Source: an uncultured virus (IMG/VR IMGVR_UViG_3300048926_000230) (taxonomy: Duplodnaviria; Heunggongvirae; Uroviricota; Caudoviricetes). Taken from it: a stretch of 20,000 nucleotides of DNA. Shown here one piece after another: positions 8,150 to 14,648 of this stretch. The stretch is taken from positions 51,919 through 71,918 of IMG/VR virus record IMGVR_UViG_3300048926_000230. One strand, given 5' to 3'. Position 1 is the first letter of the stretch; every line of letters begins with the position of its first letter. A model generated the notes under the pieces. That model saw nothing but the letters and a program-made list of their open reading frames with translations. It ran no database searches and had not been told where the DNA came from. The position numbers and the translations under genes were made by a program.

Positions 8150-8460
8150 TTCCTTATTTTTCGAATATTTGCTGAGGCGCCATCAACGGCGAAAATGTCT
8201 CATTATTGAGATAAATCTCTTACCCGCGGGACTTGTGCGGTAGAATCCTGCATATGCGCAGGTCAGACGCGACTTTTCTGGGAAAAACCAACGGGGGGAG
8301 AAATACCGCTGACGATCTCAGCGTACGTATGTTCGCTGAACTTTTGACCCACCCCCGGGGGTGCCTGGTGCCCACGCTGGCGCCTGTGTGGGCGTGTGTG
8401 CAGCTCCGTTGTGGGTGGTCTGTTACGTCACGTGACGCTCCACGAGAGCTGTGCGAGGTT
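8150..8460. other. candidate cos / joined genome termini
   Basis: Gene-free gap between divergent packaging and early operons. AT-rich 8150-8222. Dyad CGCTGA-CGATC-TCAGCG (8307-8323) flanked by GGGGGGAGAAA and ACCCACCCCCGGGGG tracts; GCAGGTCAGA motif; several palindromes. Confidence 0.65.
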
Positions 8461-8465
8461 CTAGT

Positions 8466-8507
8466 TAGGTATTGACAACTATCGAGAATGGCTGTAGTGT
8501 AATGAAC
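8466..8507 (+). promoter_or_regulatory. SigA-type promoter P1 with overlapping operator-like palindrome, leaderless
   Basis: TTGACA 8472-8477, 17-nt spacer, TAGTGT 8495-8500, ATG at 8508; 16-mer TAGGTATTGACAACTA. Confidence 0.85.
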
Positions 8508-8621
8508 ATGAATAAGAGCACCTGCAATGCAGAGACATGGGATGGCAATGTGGACGATCCGTCCTATGCATACTGCGACCTGCCTCACGCACACGCTGGT
8601 GATCATCACTACGCGCTCTAG
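8508..8621 (+). CDS. 37-aa Cys/His microprotein, leaderless (not in ORF track)
   Basis: MNKSTCNAETWDGNVDDPSYAYCDLPHAHAGDHHYAL; C...CxLxxxHxGxH motif; starts 7 nt after -10. Confidence 0.65.
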   Translation: MNKSTCNAETWDGNVDDPSYAYCDLPHAHAGDHHYAL

Positions 8622-8656
8622 CTCATGAACAAATCACACACAGATGGGAATCACTA

Positions 8657-8893
8657 ATGCTCACACGTATCGCACTGGCATCCATCGCCATGGCGGCCGG
8701 CATGTATGGCGCACCTACCGCATATGCACAGCCTGTGCATGACTCTGCAACCGTCACTGTCGATGGTGTCGACTACCCGGTGTGCGCAGAGGAGGATTGC
8801 TCCGACCAACCGGGACAGATCGGTGTGTGGACCAATTCAGAAGGTGATCGGTATCTGTCGCTTGGTGAGTACAGCCTCTACGTCAATCCCTGA
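8657..8893 (+). CDS. small exported protein with signal peptide
   Basis: Hydrophobic N-terminus ending in AYA-Q cleavage-like site; mature part has 'CAEEDC' Cys pair. Confidence 0.8.
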   Translation: MLTRIALASIAMAAGMYGAPTAYAQPVHDSATVTVDGVDYPVCAEEDCSDQPGQIGVWTNSEGDRYLSLGEYSLYVNP

Positions 8894-8928
8894 TACGCGC
8901 GATTCTGCGCAGAGATGAGTTAGTGAGA

Positions 8929-9084
8929 ATGTCCTACTTTGACGATCTGACACCTGGTCAATCCGTCACCTACTGCGAACGGTCGGCCGTATTCGTTGCA
9001 CACCACTACTCCGGTGATGGGTACGTCATCGAATATGCGGACGGCACGCTGGCGACCGTCTACGCGCTGGTGGTGAAGCGATGA
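8929..9084 (+). CDS. hypothetical protein (51 aa)
   Basis: MSYFDDLTPGQSVTYCER...VVKR; ATGA coupling with next ORF. Confidence 0.65.
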   Translation: MSYFDDLTPGQSVTYCERSAVFVAHHYSGDGYVIEYADGTLATVYALVVKR

Positions 9085-9236
9085 GTGCAGAGCGCGCCCG
9101 TAGGGCGGACAAGATCGCCGCGAAGTTCGAAAAGCAGGGCGATATGAGCAGCGCCGGTTACTGGCGCCAGAAGGCGGAGAACTACCGGAAACTGGTCGTC
9201 GCACGTGAGGTTGTCGAGAGCTGGAGTAACGCATGA
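9081..9236 (+). CDS. hypothetical helical protein (51 aa)
   Basis: MSAERARRADKIAAKFEKQGDMSSAGYWRQKAENYRK...; ATGA overlaps on both sides. Confidence 0.7.
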   Translation: MSAERARRADKIAAKFEKQGDMSSAGYWRQKAENYRKLVVAREVVESWSNA

Positions 9237-9322
9237 TCCGCGCAATGGTCGCTTCGGTCATCTTCGCCGCGATTATGGCCGAGAGCTTCAATATGGCCGC
9301 AACCCTGTTGGTGGCGCGATGA
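9233..9322 (+). CDS. 29-aa hydrophobic peptide
   Basis: MIRAMVASVIFAAIMAESFNMAATLLVAR; GGAG RBS; ATGA overlaps on both sides. Confidence 0.65.
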   Translation: MIRAMVASVIFAAIMAESFNMAATLLVAR

Positions 9323-9588
9323 ATGCCCGTCACGCCCTGGCGATGCTCGACGCGAATTGGCTAGACCATCTCGCCGCGATGCCTGCCGAGGAATTGCAGC
9401 GGCTACAGCGTGAGCTGCTTTCCATGTCGCGACACCCGTCGCTGGCCCTCAACGCTCCAGCTCGGCTCATTGCCGGCGAGCGGATGAAGGACGTCGATGA
9501 GGAGATAGCGCGGCGATTCTCGGCCATCTGGGGACACGCGGACAATGACGCGCTATCCCTCCAGATGTACCGAATTACCCGTTCATAG
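9319..9588 (+). CDS. hypothetical protein (89 aa)
   Basis: MNARHALAML... start coupled to upstream TGA; its TAG is part of the next operator. Confidence 0.7.
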   Translation: MNARHALAMLDANWLDHLAAMPAEELQRLQRELLSMSRHPSLALNAPARLIAGERMKDVDEEIARRFSAIWGHADNDALSLQMYRITRS

Positions 9589-9626
9589 TTGTTGACAACT
9601 ACCGTCAATCGGGATAGAGTAAGAGC
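9586..9626 (+). promoter_or_regulatory. SigA-type promoter P2 with perfect operator palindrome, leaderless
   Basis: TAGTTG-TTGA-CAACTA (9586-9601); TTGACA 9592-9597, 17-nt spacer, TAGAGT 9615-9620; ATG 9627 with no RBS. Confidence 0.88.
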
Positions 9627-10127
9627 ATGACGAACACAGAACGCGCAATCGAACTCTCCGGCGCTGATATCGATGCCATTGTGGCCGGTTACCTGGAATG
9701 CCAGTTGTGGGCCGGACTGGACTATGGACACACGGGTTGTGATGACAATGCGGAATGCAGAAACTCCGCAGACCCGGAACCGCACCCTTACGATGACAAC
9801 TACTCGGTTGAGAATATCTCCCCCGAATACGTCGCCAAGGTTCGCGAAGAACTGTCAGACGTTGTCACGGCGCACCCGCTTGCGGTGCGGATGTATCTTG
9901 CACACCGTTCTACCAGAGAGCGCGTAGCGGCCGGTTTCAACAGGGTTGACGCTGTAATCACGTCGGAATACTTCGGCCATGACTTCTATCTGACCCGGGA
10001 ACATCACGGCGTCGGATTCTGGGACCGTGGACTGGGTGAGCTTGGCGAGTATCTGACCAAAATCGCGAAGTCTTACGGTTCCGCCGAAACGCTCTGGGAC
10101 AACGGGGACGGAGTGCTCAATGCTTGA
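9627..10127 (+). CDS. conserved-looking phage early hypothetical protein
   Basis: 166 aa with 'GHDFYLTREHHGVGFWDRG' motif, which I recall from other phage hypotheticals; function unknown. Confidence 0.85.
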   Translation: MTNTERAIELSGADIDAIVAGYLECQLWAGLDYGHTGCDDNAECRNSADPEPHPYDDNYSVENISPEYVAKVREELSDVVTAHPLAVRMYLAHRSTRERVAAGFNRVDAVITSEYFGHDFYLTREHHGVGFWDRGLGELGEYLTKIAKSYGSAETLWDNGDGVLNA

Positions 10128-10347
10128 TGCCGACTCCGACGCTGAGCTTATCCGTCTAGCGCGCAGGCATCCGCGGGATATGGATGTCCGCGCCGAATTG
10201 TGGGACCGCGCCGATATGGACGCTGAATACTGCGGCAGTTCGCAGCTCGCCGCAGATCTGACCCAGATGGGAATCAACCGGCCGACCATTGTTCACGCGT
10301 CGACCGAAGCACTCACCGACCGTTATCGCAAGCGGTACGAGAACTAA
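10120..10347 (+). CDS. hypothetical protein
   Basis: 75 aa, GGAG RBS, overlaps upstream stop. Confidence 0.75.
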   Translation: MLDADSDAELIRLARRHPRDMDVRAELWDRADMDAEYCGSSQLAADLTQMGINRPTIVHASTEALTDRYRKRYEN

Positions 10348-10358
10348 GGACAGGGACA

Positions 10359-10601
10359 ATGAGCATTCACGGCATCGAAGCGCTACTCGCAGAAGCGGCA
10401 ACAATAGCGAATGACAATCCCGAAGATGAGGCACAGGGAGCTTGCCAAGTCGTATTGTCAAATGGCGATTCGATCTCGGGTCGAATTGACAACGTAAGTG
10501 ACGGGATTGCCGTGTTTGGCGAAAACGAACACGATGGAAGGCACCCGAGTTTTCCGCTATTCATTCGAGTGAGTCACGTACTCACGTTCCAGTACATCTA
10601 A
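10359..10601 (+). CDS. small beta-barrel protein, Sm/LSm-like pattern
   Basis: AAGGACAGGGA RBS; 'CQVVLSNGDSISGRIDNV...LFIRVSHVLTF' resembles Sm1/Sm2 motifs. Confidence 0.7.
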   Translation: MSIHGIEALLAEAATIANDNPEDEAQGACQVVLSNGDSISGRIDNVSDGIAVFGENEHDGRHPSFPLFIRVSHVLTFQYI

Positions 10602-10630
10602 AGCCCCCGCCAGAACAGGGAGACAGAGCA

Positions 10631-10747
10631 ATGAGCAAGCAAGCCAATAGCTACCGCAAGGTCTATCCGTCCCGCTGGGATATCCGCGCAGAGATGAACG
10701 CGCGGGAAATGTCCCGGGGCGCAACCGTGCGGGTGCGTGTTCGATGA
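10631..10747 (+). CDS. 38-aa basic peptide
   Basis: MSKQANSYRKVYPSRWDIRAEMNAREMSRGATVRVRVR; AGGGAG RBS; ATGA coupling. Confidence 0.6.
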   Translation: MSKQANSYRKVYPSRWDIRAEMNAREMSRGATVRVRVR

Positions 10748-10935
10748 GCGCCAGTAAAGCGAAACGTGGTCAGAGGTGTGTGGTGTATTTAGGTGACGGA
10801 TCGACCGTTACCGGCACGCTCACCGGATATCGAACCGAGAATGCGGGCAAGTGGAACGTTGCTCGATACAAGCTAATCACGCTAGACGATGGCACCGAAT
10901 ACGCCACCATATTACCCGCTTACCAAAGGGTCTGA
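10744..10935 (+). CDS. small beta-rich hypothetical protein
   Basis: 63 aa; 'GQRCVVYLGDGSTVTGTLTGY' SH3/Sm1-like. Confidence 0.7.
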   Translation: MSASKAKRGQRCVVYLGDGSTVTGTLTGYRTENAGKWNVARYKLITLDDGTEYATILPAYQRV

Positions 10936-10936
10936 A

Positions 10937-11542
10937 ATGAACGCATACCGTACCGAGACAGTCGATACCGTGGCCGGTGAGTACGTGATCGAATTGCACT
11001 ACGACGAGGACGCAAGCAATCCCCTCACCGACTGGGACCATCCCGGGATGGCTTTCTGGGTCAACTACGATTCGTCGCGGTTGGTCGAGACGGACACACT
11101 GGACGAACCGCTAGACGAGGCGCCCGCCCGTGTAATGCGCGAATTCGTCCGGCTGGACAGTGACCAGGATGCCGTGATGAACCGGTTCAACAAATGGCGC
11201 GCGATCACGGGCAGCCCATGGATGCTAGTCGCCGGTGAGGACTTATCGTCGCAGTCCGATTACTACCGGTGGTTCGCCCTAGTCGACACTCGCGAAGACT
11301 TCGGGCCAGACGGTCACGAGGCCGCGGTGCAGCTCACGATGGATGTCTACCGCAGATGGGCCGCTGGCGAGTTCTGCGGGCATGTCGTCACCGGTCCGGA
11401 TGGTCACGAGGTCGATTCGTGCTGGGGTATCGACGATGACGACTACGCACTGAGTGAGGCGCGCGCCACCATTGAGGCAGATGTGCCCGAACGTGTCGCA
11501 GCGGCAAACCGGGTCGGTAGCGGCTTTGTGGGTGTGCTGTGA
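10937..11542 (+). CDS. acidic hypothetical protein (201 aa)
   Basis: ATG 10937 with AAAGGG RBS; about 41 D/E by hand count; motifs 'YDEDASNP', 'WAAGE', 'DSCWG'. Confidence 0.85.
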   Translation: MNAYRTETVDTVAGEYVIELHYDEDASNPLTDWDHPGMAFWVNYDSSRLVETDTLDEPLDEAPARVMREFVRLDSDQDAVMNRFNKWRAITGSPWMLVAGEDLSSQSDYYRWFALVDTREDFGPDGHEAAVQLTMDVYRRWAAGEFCGHVVTGPDGHEVDSCWGIDDDDYALSEARATIEADVPERVAAANRVGSGFVGVL

Positions 11543-11622
11543 GCCTCATTCGCAGATGGATAGCGGCCTACCGGCGCGCGTTCCCGCCCATTGACAACTC
11601 TGACGACCGATTCAACTGGTAG
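11539..11622 (+). CDS. 27-aa peptide
   Basis: GTGA-coupled VSLIRRWIAAYRRAFPPIDNSDDRFNW; fills the gap. Confidence 0.45.
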   Translation: MSLIRRWIAAYRRAFPPIDNSDDRFNW

Positions 11623-11628
11623 GGACCA

Positions 11629-12087
11629 ATGAACGATCAAACGCTAGTCGCTGATCTGGTAGACCGTGGCGAACCGCTGGCAGAGTCGCCGGTCGACTGC
11701 TACCTAGAGGTGGACCGCGACGACCACAAGGCGATCATTGTGTGGCGCGAACCGCTGGCATTCCATATCGAGTGGAACGGCGCCCGGTGGTCGGAACATG
11801 CCGACAGTGACGGGTGGCTGGCCAGCAGCGCTGAACTTCAGTTCGCGAACCGTCTGACCGACTACCTACGTCGTGCGGGTGTCGATGATGCCGACGTCTA
11901 CACAGAGGGATACAACGGTGAGGACGAACCGACACTCACGTTCGAAGTGGTCACGCCGTACCGTGCCGGCGAAACCTTCAAGTCTTGGTTTGACCGTATC
12001 GGCTGGCCTGTCGTCGCGACACTGACCAACGTCACGGACCCGGGCACGTTCATGAGTCCGTACCTGTTCGACATGACATCGCTGTGA
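11629..12087 (+). CDS. acidic hypothetical protein
   Basis: 152 aa, AGGGA RBS. Confidence 0.8.
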   Translation: MNDQTLVADLVDRGEPLAESPVDCYLEVDRDDHKAIIVWREPLAFHIEWNGARWSEHADSDGWLASSAELQFANRLTDYLRRAGVDDADVYTEGYNGEDEPTLTFEVVTPYRAGETFKSWFDRIGWPVVATLTNVTDPGTFMSPYLFDMTSL

Positions 12088-12110
12088 CGTGCACCGCTTA
12101 CGCTAGTCCC

Positions 12111-12518
12111 ATGACAGATACGCAAACATGCCGGTTGCCAGGGTGCGACAACCCTGTTGACGTCCAGTCCGAGCAGCTCTGTATGGGTCACTATCGACGT
12201 ATGCGTCGGGCCGACCGCGCCGGCCTGCCCGACTGGGACAAGACTCCGATTAAGCCACGGGCGGCGAGTGTCGCAACACGTGCCGACGCGCCCATAGACC
12301 TGGCAGAGATTCGCGAACTGTCCGGCGTTACGCCGTATGACATCGCGCGCGCCATGGGGTACTCAGGCGGCCGTGAGATGGCATCCAACGTGCGGCAGAT
12401 GGAAGCGCGCAAAGACTGGCTACTGTCCCGATTGGCGGGGTACCTGGCCGCGGTAGGTGCGACGGCCGACCTGGTGGTTAACGTCGGCGGACAAGAGCTT
12501 GTGTACGAGATTGTTTAG
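12111..12518 (+). CDS. Zn-finger + XRE-family helix-turn-helix transcriptional regulator
   Basis: N-terminal CxxxxC...LCxxHYxR; C-terminal 'LAEIRELSGVTPYDIARAMG...NVRQME...LSRLAGYLAAVGA' XRE/HigA-like. TACGCT (12099-12104) lies 6 nt before the ATG, suggesting a leaderless start. Confidence 0.8.
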   Translation: MTDTQTCRLPGCDNPVDVQSEQLCMGHYRRMRRADRAGLPDWDKTPIKPRAASVATRADAPIDLAEIRELSGVTPYDIARAMGYSGGREMASNVRQMEARKDWLLSRLAGYLAAVGATADLVVNVGGQELVYEIV

Positions 12519-12557
12519 GTGTTGACAACTACGGTCATGCCCGCTAGACTAGACGTA
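12516..12557 (+). promoter_or_regulatory. SigA-type promoter P3 with operator-like palindrome
   Basis: TAGGTG-TTGA-CAACTA (12516-12531); TTGACA 12522-12527, 17-nt spacer, TAGACT 12545-12550. Confidence 0.88.
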
Positions 12558-12583
12558 TAAGCAATCAACCGGAAGGCAAGAAA

Positions 12584-13099
12584 ATGAGCGAATCAACCGC
12601 CGAAATGCTGGCAAAGCAGGTCGACTACGCCGCCGAGAGGATCGCCGAGTACGCGCGACAGATCGAATCGGGCGACTACGGCAACCGGTGGACCGTCACT
12701 GATTCGGAAACTGACGAAGAACACGTCATCATTGCGCAGGATGAGGATAGCGCCATTGACGCTGTGCGTGACCTCATCCCCGGGGTGGTCAAGGATCACG
12801 AACTGCTAGCCGAGCGCGACGAATTCGAAGTGCCGACCATCTGCGATGAGGATGGCAACGAAGAATCAATCGAGGATTGGCCCCTGGCCGTCGTCGTCAA
12901 GATCGGTCAGCCGCTCGCAGTTCAGATCGCGGTGGGCGGACCGCACATTGAGATTGTGCAGGACTTGAGCGAAGGCAGCGCCAAGCTCGCTGGCTACTGG
13001 GGTGGTGAGCGCGTTTACCGCTATGGCGACAAGTTCCAGACCGTACTGGACTACTTCACCGACCTGCTGTGGGACGAAGCTCCGGAGGAATACAAGTGA
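12584..13099 (+). CDS. highly acidic hypothetical protein
   Basis: 171 aa; about 41 D/E vs about 13 K/R by hand count; 'AVGGPHIEI...GYWGG' motif; GGAAGG RBS. Confidence 0.85.
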   Translation: MSESTAEMLAKQVDYAAERIAEYARQIESGDYGNRWTVTDSETDEEHVIIAQDEDSAIDAVRDLIPGVVKDHELLAERDEFEVPTICDEDGNEESIEDWPLAVVVKIGQPLAVQIAVGGPHIEIVQDLSEGSAKLAGYWGGERVYRYGDKFQTVLDYFTDLLWDEAPEEYK

Positions 13100-13257
13100 T
13101 ATACGCCGAAGGCAAGATCGTGCTAGACGATGGCGAGACCATCGAGTTCTACATCGACGTCGATGGGAACATATCCCGTTGGGGCAATACGAACCGCATC
13201 CTTGGGTTATCGGTGGACGCAACAGAGGCATTCCGCGACGCATTACTGGAGGTGTGA
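13096..13257 (+). CDS. hypothetical protein (53 aa)
   Basis: GTGA-coupled, GGAGG RBS. Confidence 0.75.
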   Translation: MIYAEGKIVLDDGETIEFYIDVDGNISRWGNTNRILGLSVDATEAFRDALLEV

Positions 13258-13258
13258 C

Positions 13259-13504
13259 ATGGGCGTGATGAAAGAACTTGCGACCGAACTGGAATTGCAT
13301 TGGCAGACGTTCCCGATTGGCGGGTACCGGCGCCAGATGCCCAACGGTGACATGGCCATGATCAAACCGGCCGGTGATCGGTGGCGACTCACCGCCGGCG
13401 AATGGCAGCTATCGGCCGACACCCTGCCCGAAGCGGTGGCGGTGGCGGGCCGGCTGGCGCGTGAGCAGCTCACGGAGATTGCAGAGACATGGGCCGCAGC
13501 ATGA
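13259..13504 (+). CDS. hypothetical protein (81 aa)
   Basis: MGVMKELATELE...; GGAGGT RBS. Confidence 0.75.
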   Translation: MGVMKELATELELHWQTFPIGGYRRQMPNGDMAMIKPAGDRWRLTAGEWQLSADTLPEAVAVAGRLAREQLTEIAETWAAA

Positions 13505-13773
13505 TCCCCGCCGAGGACCTAGCCGAGGATGACTTGATCGACCTGGTACCCATCTTGGATGACGCGCAAGCGCACCCGTGGATCTGGCAGCCATTCGGCG
13601 AGGACGACAACGAGCGCCGCAATGCCGTCCAAGGCGCGCGCATGATTGCCGAATGTGAATATGCGGCAGTCGAGTCGGTGGAGGTGGGCGCCGAGGCGAC
13701 GGTGATCTATACCGACCAGATGAACGTAACGGTGCCTCGCGGGTACCTGGTGAAACGGAGCGTGGACGCATGA
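13501..13773 (+). CDS. acidic hypothetical protein (90 aa)
   Basis: MIPAEDLAEDD...; ATGA coupling. Confidence 0.75.
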   Translation: MIPAEDLAEDDLIDLVPILDDAQAHPWIWQPFGEDDNERRNAVQGARMIAECEYAAVESVEVGAEATVIYTDQMNVTVPRGYLVKRSVDA

Positions 13774-13973
13774 CCGAGACTTTCGGCGACACGGCGTTAG
13801 CGCCAGCGCCCAGCGATAGCGGTCGCGACAACCTCACGGATGTTGTGGACGTCTACGCACACCACAGCGACACGCATGACGGCATCAACGTCGAGATCGA
13901 CGCGCCGGCCGGTGTTCGCATCACGGTCCACGTCAACGATGGCCGCGTGGTCGATCTGGTGGTGCCGGAATGA
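13770..13973 (+). CDS. hypothetical protein
   Basis: 67 aa, ATGA coupling. Confidence 0.75.
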   Translation: MTETFGDTALAPAPSDSGRDNLTDVVDVYAHHSDTHDGINVEIDAPAGVRITVHVNDGRVVDLVVPE

Positions 13974-14209
13974 GCGAATACGGACGCGGTCGGGAATTGG
14001 GATTGGTCGACGGCTGGAATGACGCGCTAGACGCGATGATTGACCGTCTGGGTAGCGCGGCCGAATCGCTGGACGAAATGTCGAATGCCAAATGCTCTCA
14101 GCCGGGTAAACCGCTCCCTGGCATGACCGGAGATTATGACCGGTTGCGCGGCAAGCGCTCTGGCGTATTGCTGGCCTTGGACTACGCGCGAGGCATGAAG
14201 CACCAATAA
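13970..14209 (+). CDS. hypothetical protein
   Basis: 79 aa, ATGA coupling. Confidence 0.75.
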   Translation: MSEYGRGRELGLVDGWNDALDAMIDRLGSAAESLDEMSNAKCSQPGKPLPGMTGDYDRLRGKRSGVLLALDYARGMKHQ

Positions 14210-14231
14210 GCGTTTAGCTATTGGTATGAAT

Positions 14232-14293
14232 TAAGCATTGACAACTACGGAGAATTGACATAGAGTAGTAACTGTTCGGGAAGTTCCCGAACA
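14232..14293 (+). promoter_or_regulatory. SigA-type promoter P4 plus 21-bp palindrome at transcription start
   Basis: TAAGCA-TTGA-CAACTA; TTGACA 14238-14243, 17-nt spacer, TAGAGT 14261-14266; second TTGACA 14255-14260; TGTTCGGGAA-G-TTCCCGAACA 14273-14293. Confidence 0.85.
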
Positions 14294-14309
14294 GGGAGGA
14301 GCAAGGGAA

Positions 14310-14399
14310 ATGATGTACCAGATCATGGCCCTTATCCTCACCCTTCCGGGCGCGGTGGCGTCGATCCTCGTGATCGTCGACCACTTCCGCAAGAAGTAG
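14310..14399 (+). CDS. 29-aa single-TM peptide (not in ORF track)
   Basis: MMYQIMALILTLPGAVASILVIVDHFRKK; GGGAGGAG/AAGGGA RBS; tandem TAG TGA stops. Confidence 0.75.
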   Translation: MMYQIMALILTLPGAVASILVIVDHFRKK

Positions 14400-14402
14400 T
14401 GA

Positions 14403-14440
14403 GGAGCCTGTCCAGCGCTACGGCGCTGGGCAGGCGCTCC
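14403..14440 (+). terminator. strong hairpin with cUACGg tetraloop (terminator/attenuator or stability element)
   Basis: GCCTGTCCAGCGC (14406-14418)-TACG-GCGCTGGGCAGGC (14423-14435), one G:U pair, extendable by GGA/TCC; no U-tract. Confidence 0.6.
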
Positions 14441-14463
14441 GCCCACCATTGTAGGGGGTAACC

Positions 14464-14622
14464 GTGGATAAGACCAGTGCCGCACTCGCGGCGGCGTTGA
14501 CCGGCACCGCTGCACTTCTAGCCACCATCGGCTATCGGACCACCTGGCTAGCGGTGACGTTAGTCGTCGCGCTCATCATCGAAGCAACTGCGCTCGCCAT
14601 CGCGTGGCGCCATCGGCCATAA
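14464..14622 (+). CDS. 52-aa two-TM membrane protein (not in ORF track)
   Basis: VDKTSAALAAALTGTAALLATIGYRTTWLAVTLVVALIIEATALAIAWRHRP; AGGGGG RBS. Confidence 0.7.
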   Translation: MDKTSAALAAALTGTAALLATIGYRTTWLAVTLVVALIIEATALAIAWRHRP

Positions 14623-14648
14623 GCCAAAACCCAAAGGGAGGCAACACA

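Noticed and set aside
8220..8609. ORFs 8220-8609 (-) and 8233-8475 (+)
   Set aside because: Atypical composition; they overlap the cos-like region and promoter P1.
11303..11411. Repeated GPDGHE hexapeptide in the 201-aa protein
   Set aside because: Only two short copies with synonymous differences; too little to infer a repeat domain.
11585..11625. Fifth TTGACAACT copy as a promoter
   Set aside because: Left arm absent (CGCCCA), no TAnnnT at 17-nt spacing, and it lies within a plausible 27-aa ORF; at best a degenerate relic.
8466..14266. CRISPR array or IS ends for the repeated 16-mers
   Set aside because: Spacing is kilobases and irregular, there are no cas or transposase genes, and the repeats fit promoter geometry.
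14604..14648. Longer Ku start given in ORF track
   Set aside because: ATG 14649 has the AAGGGAGG RBS and matches the canonical Ku N-terminus; the upstream part overlaps the 52-aa ORF.
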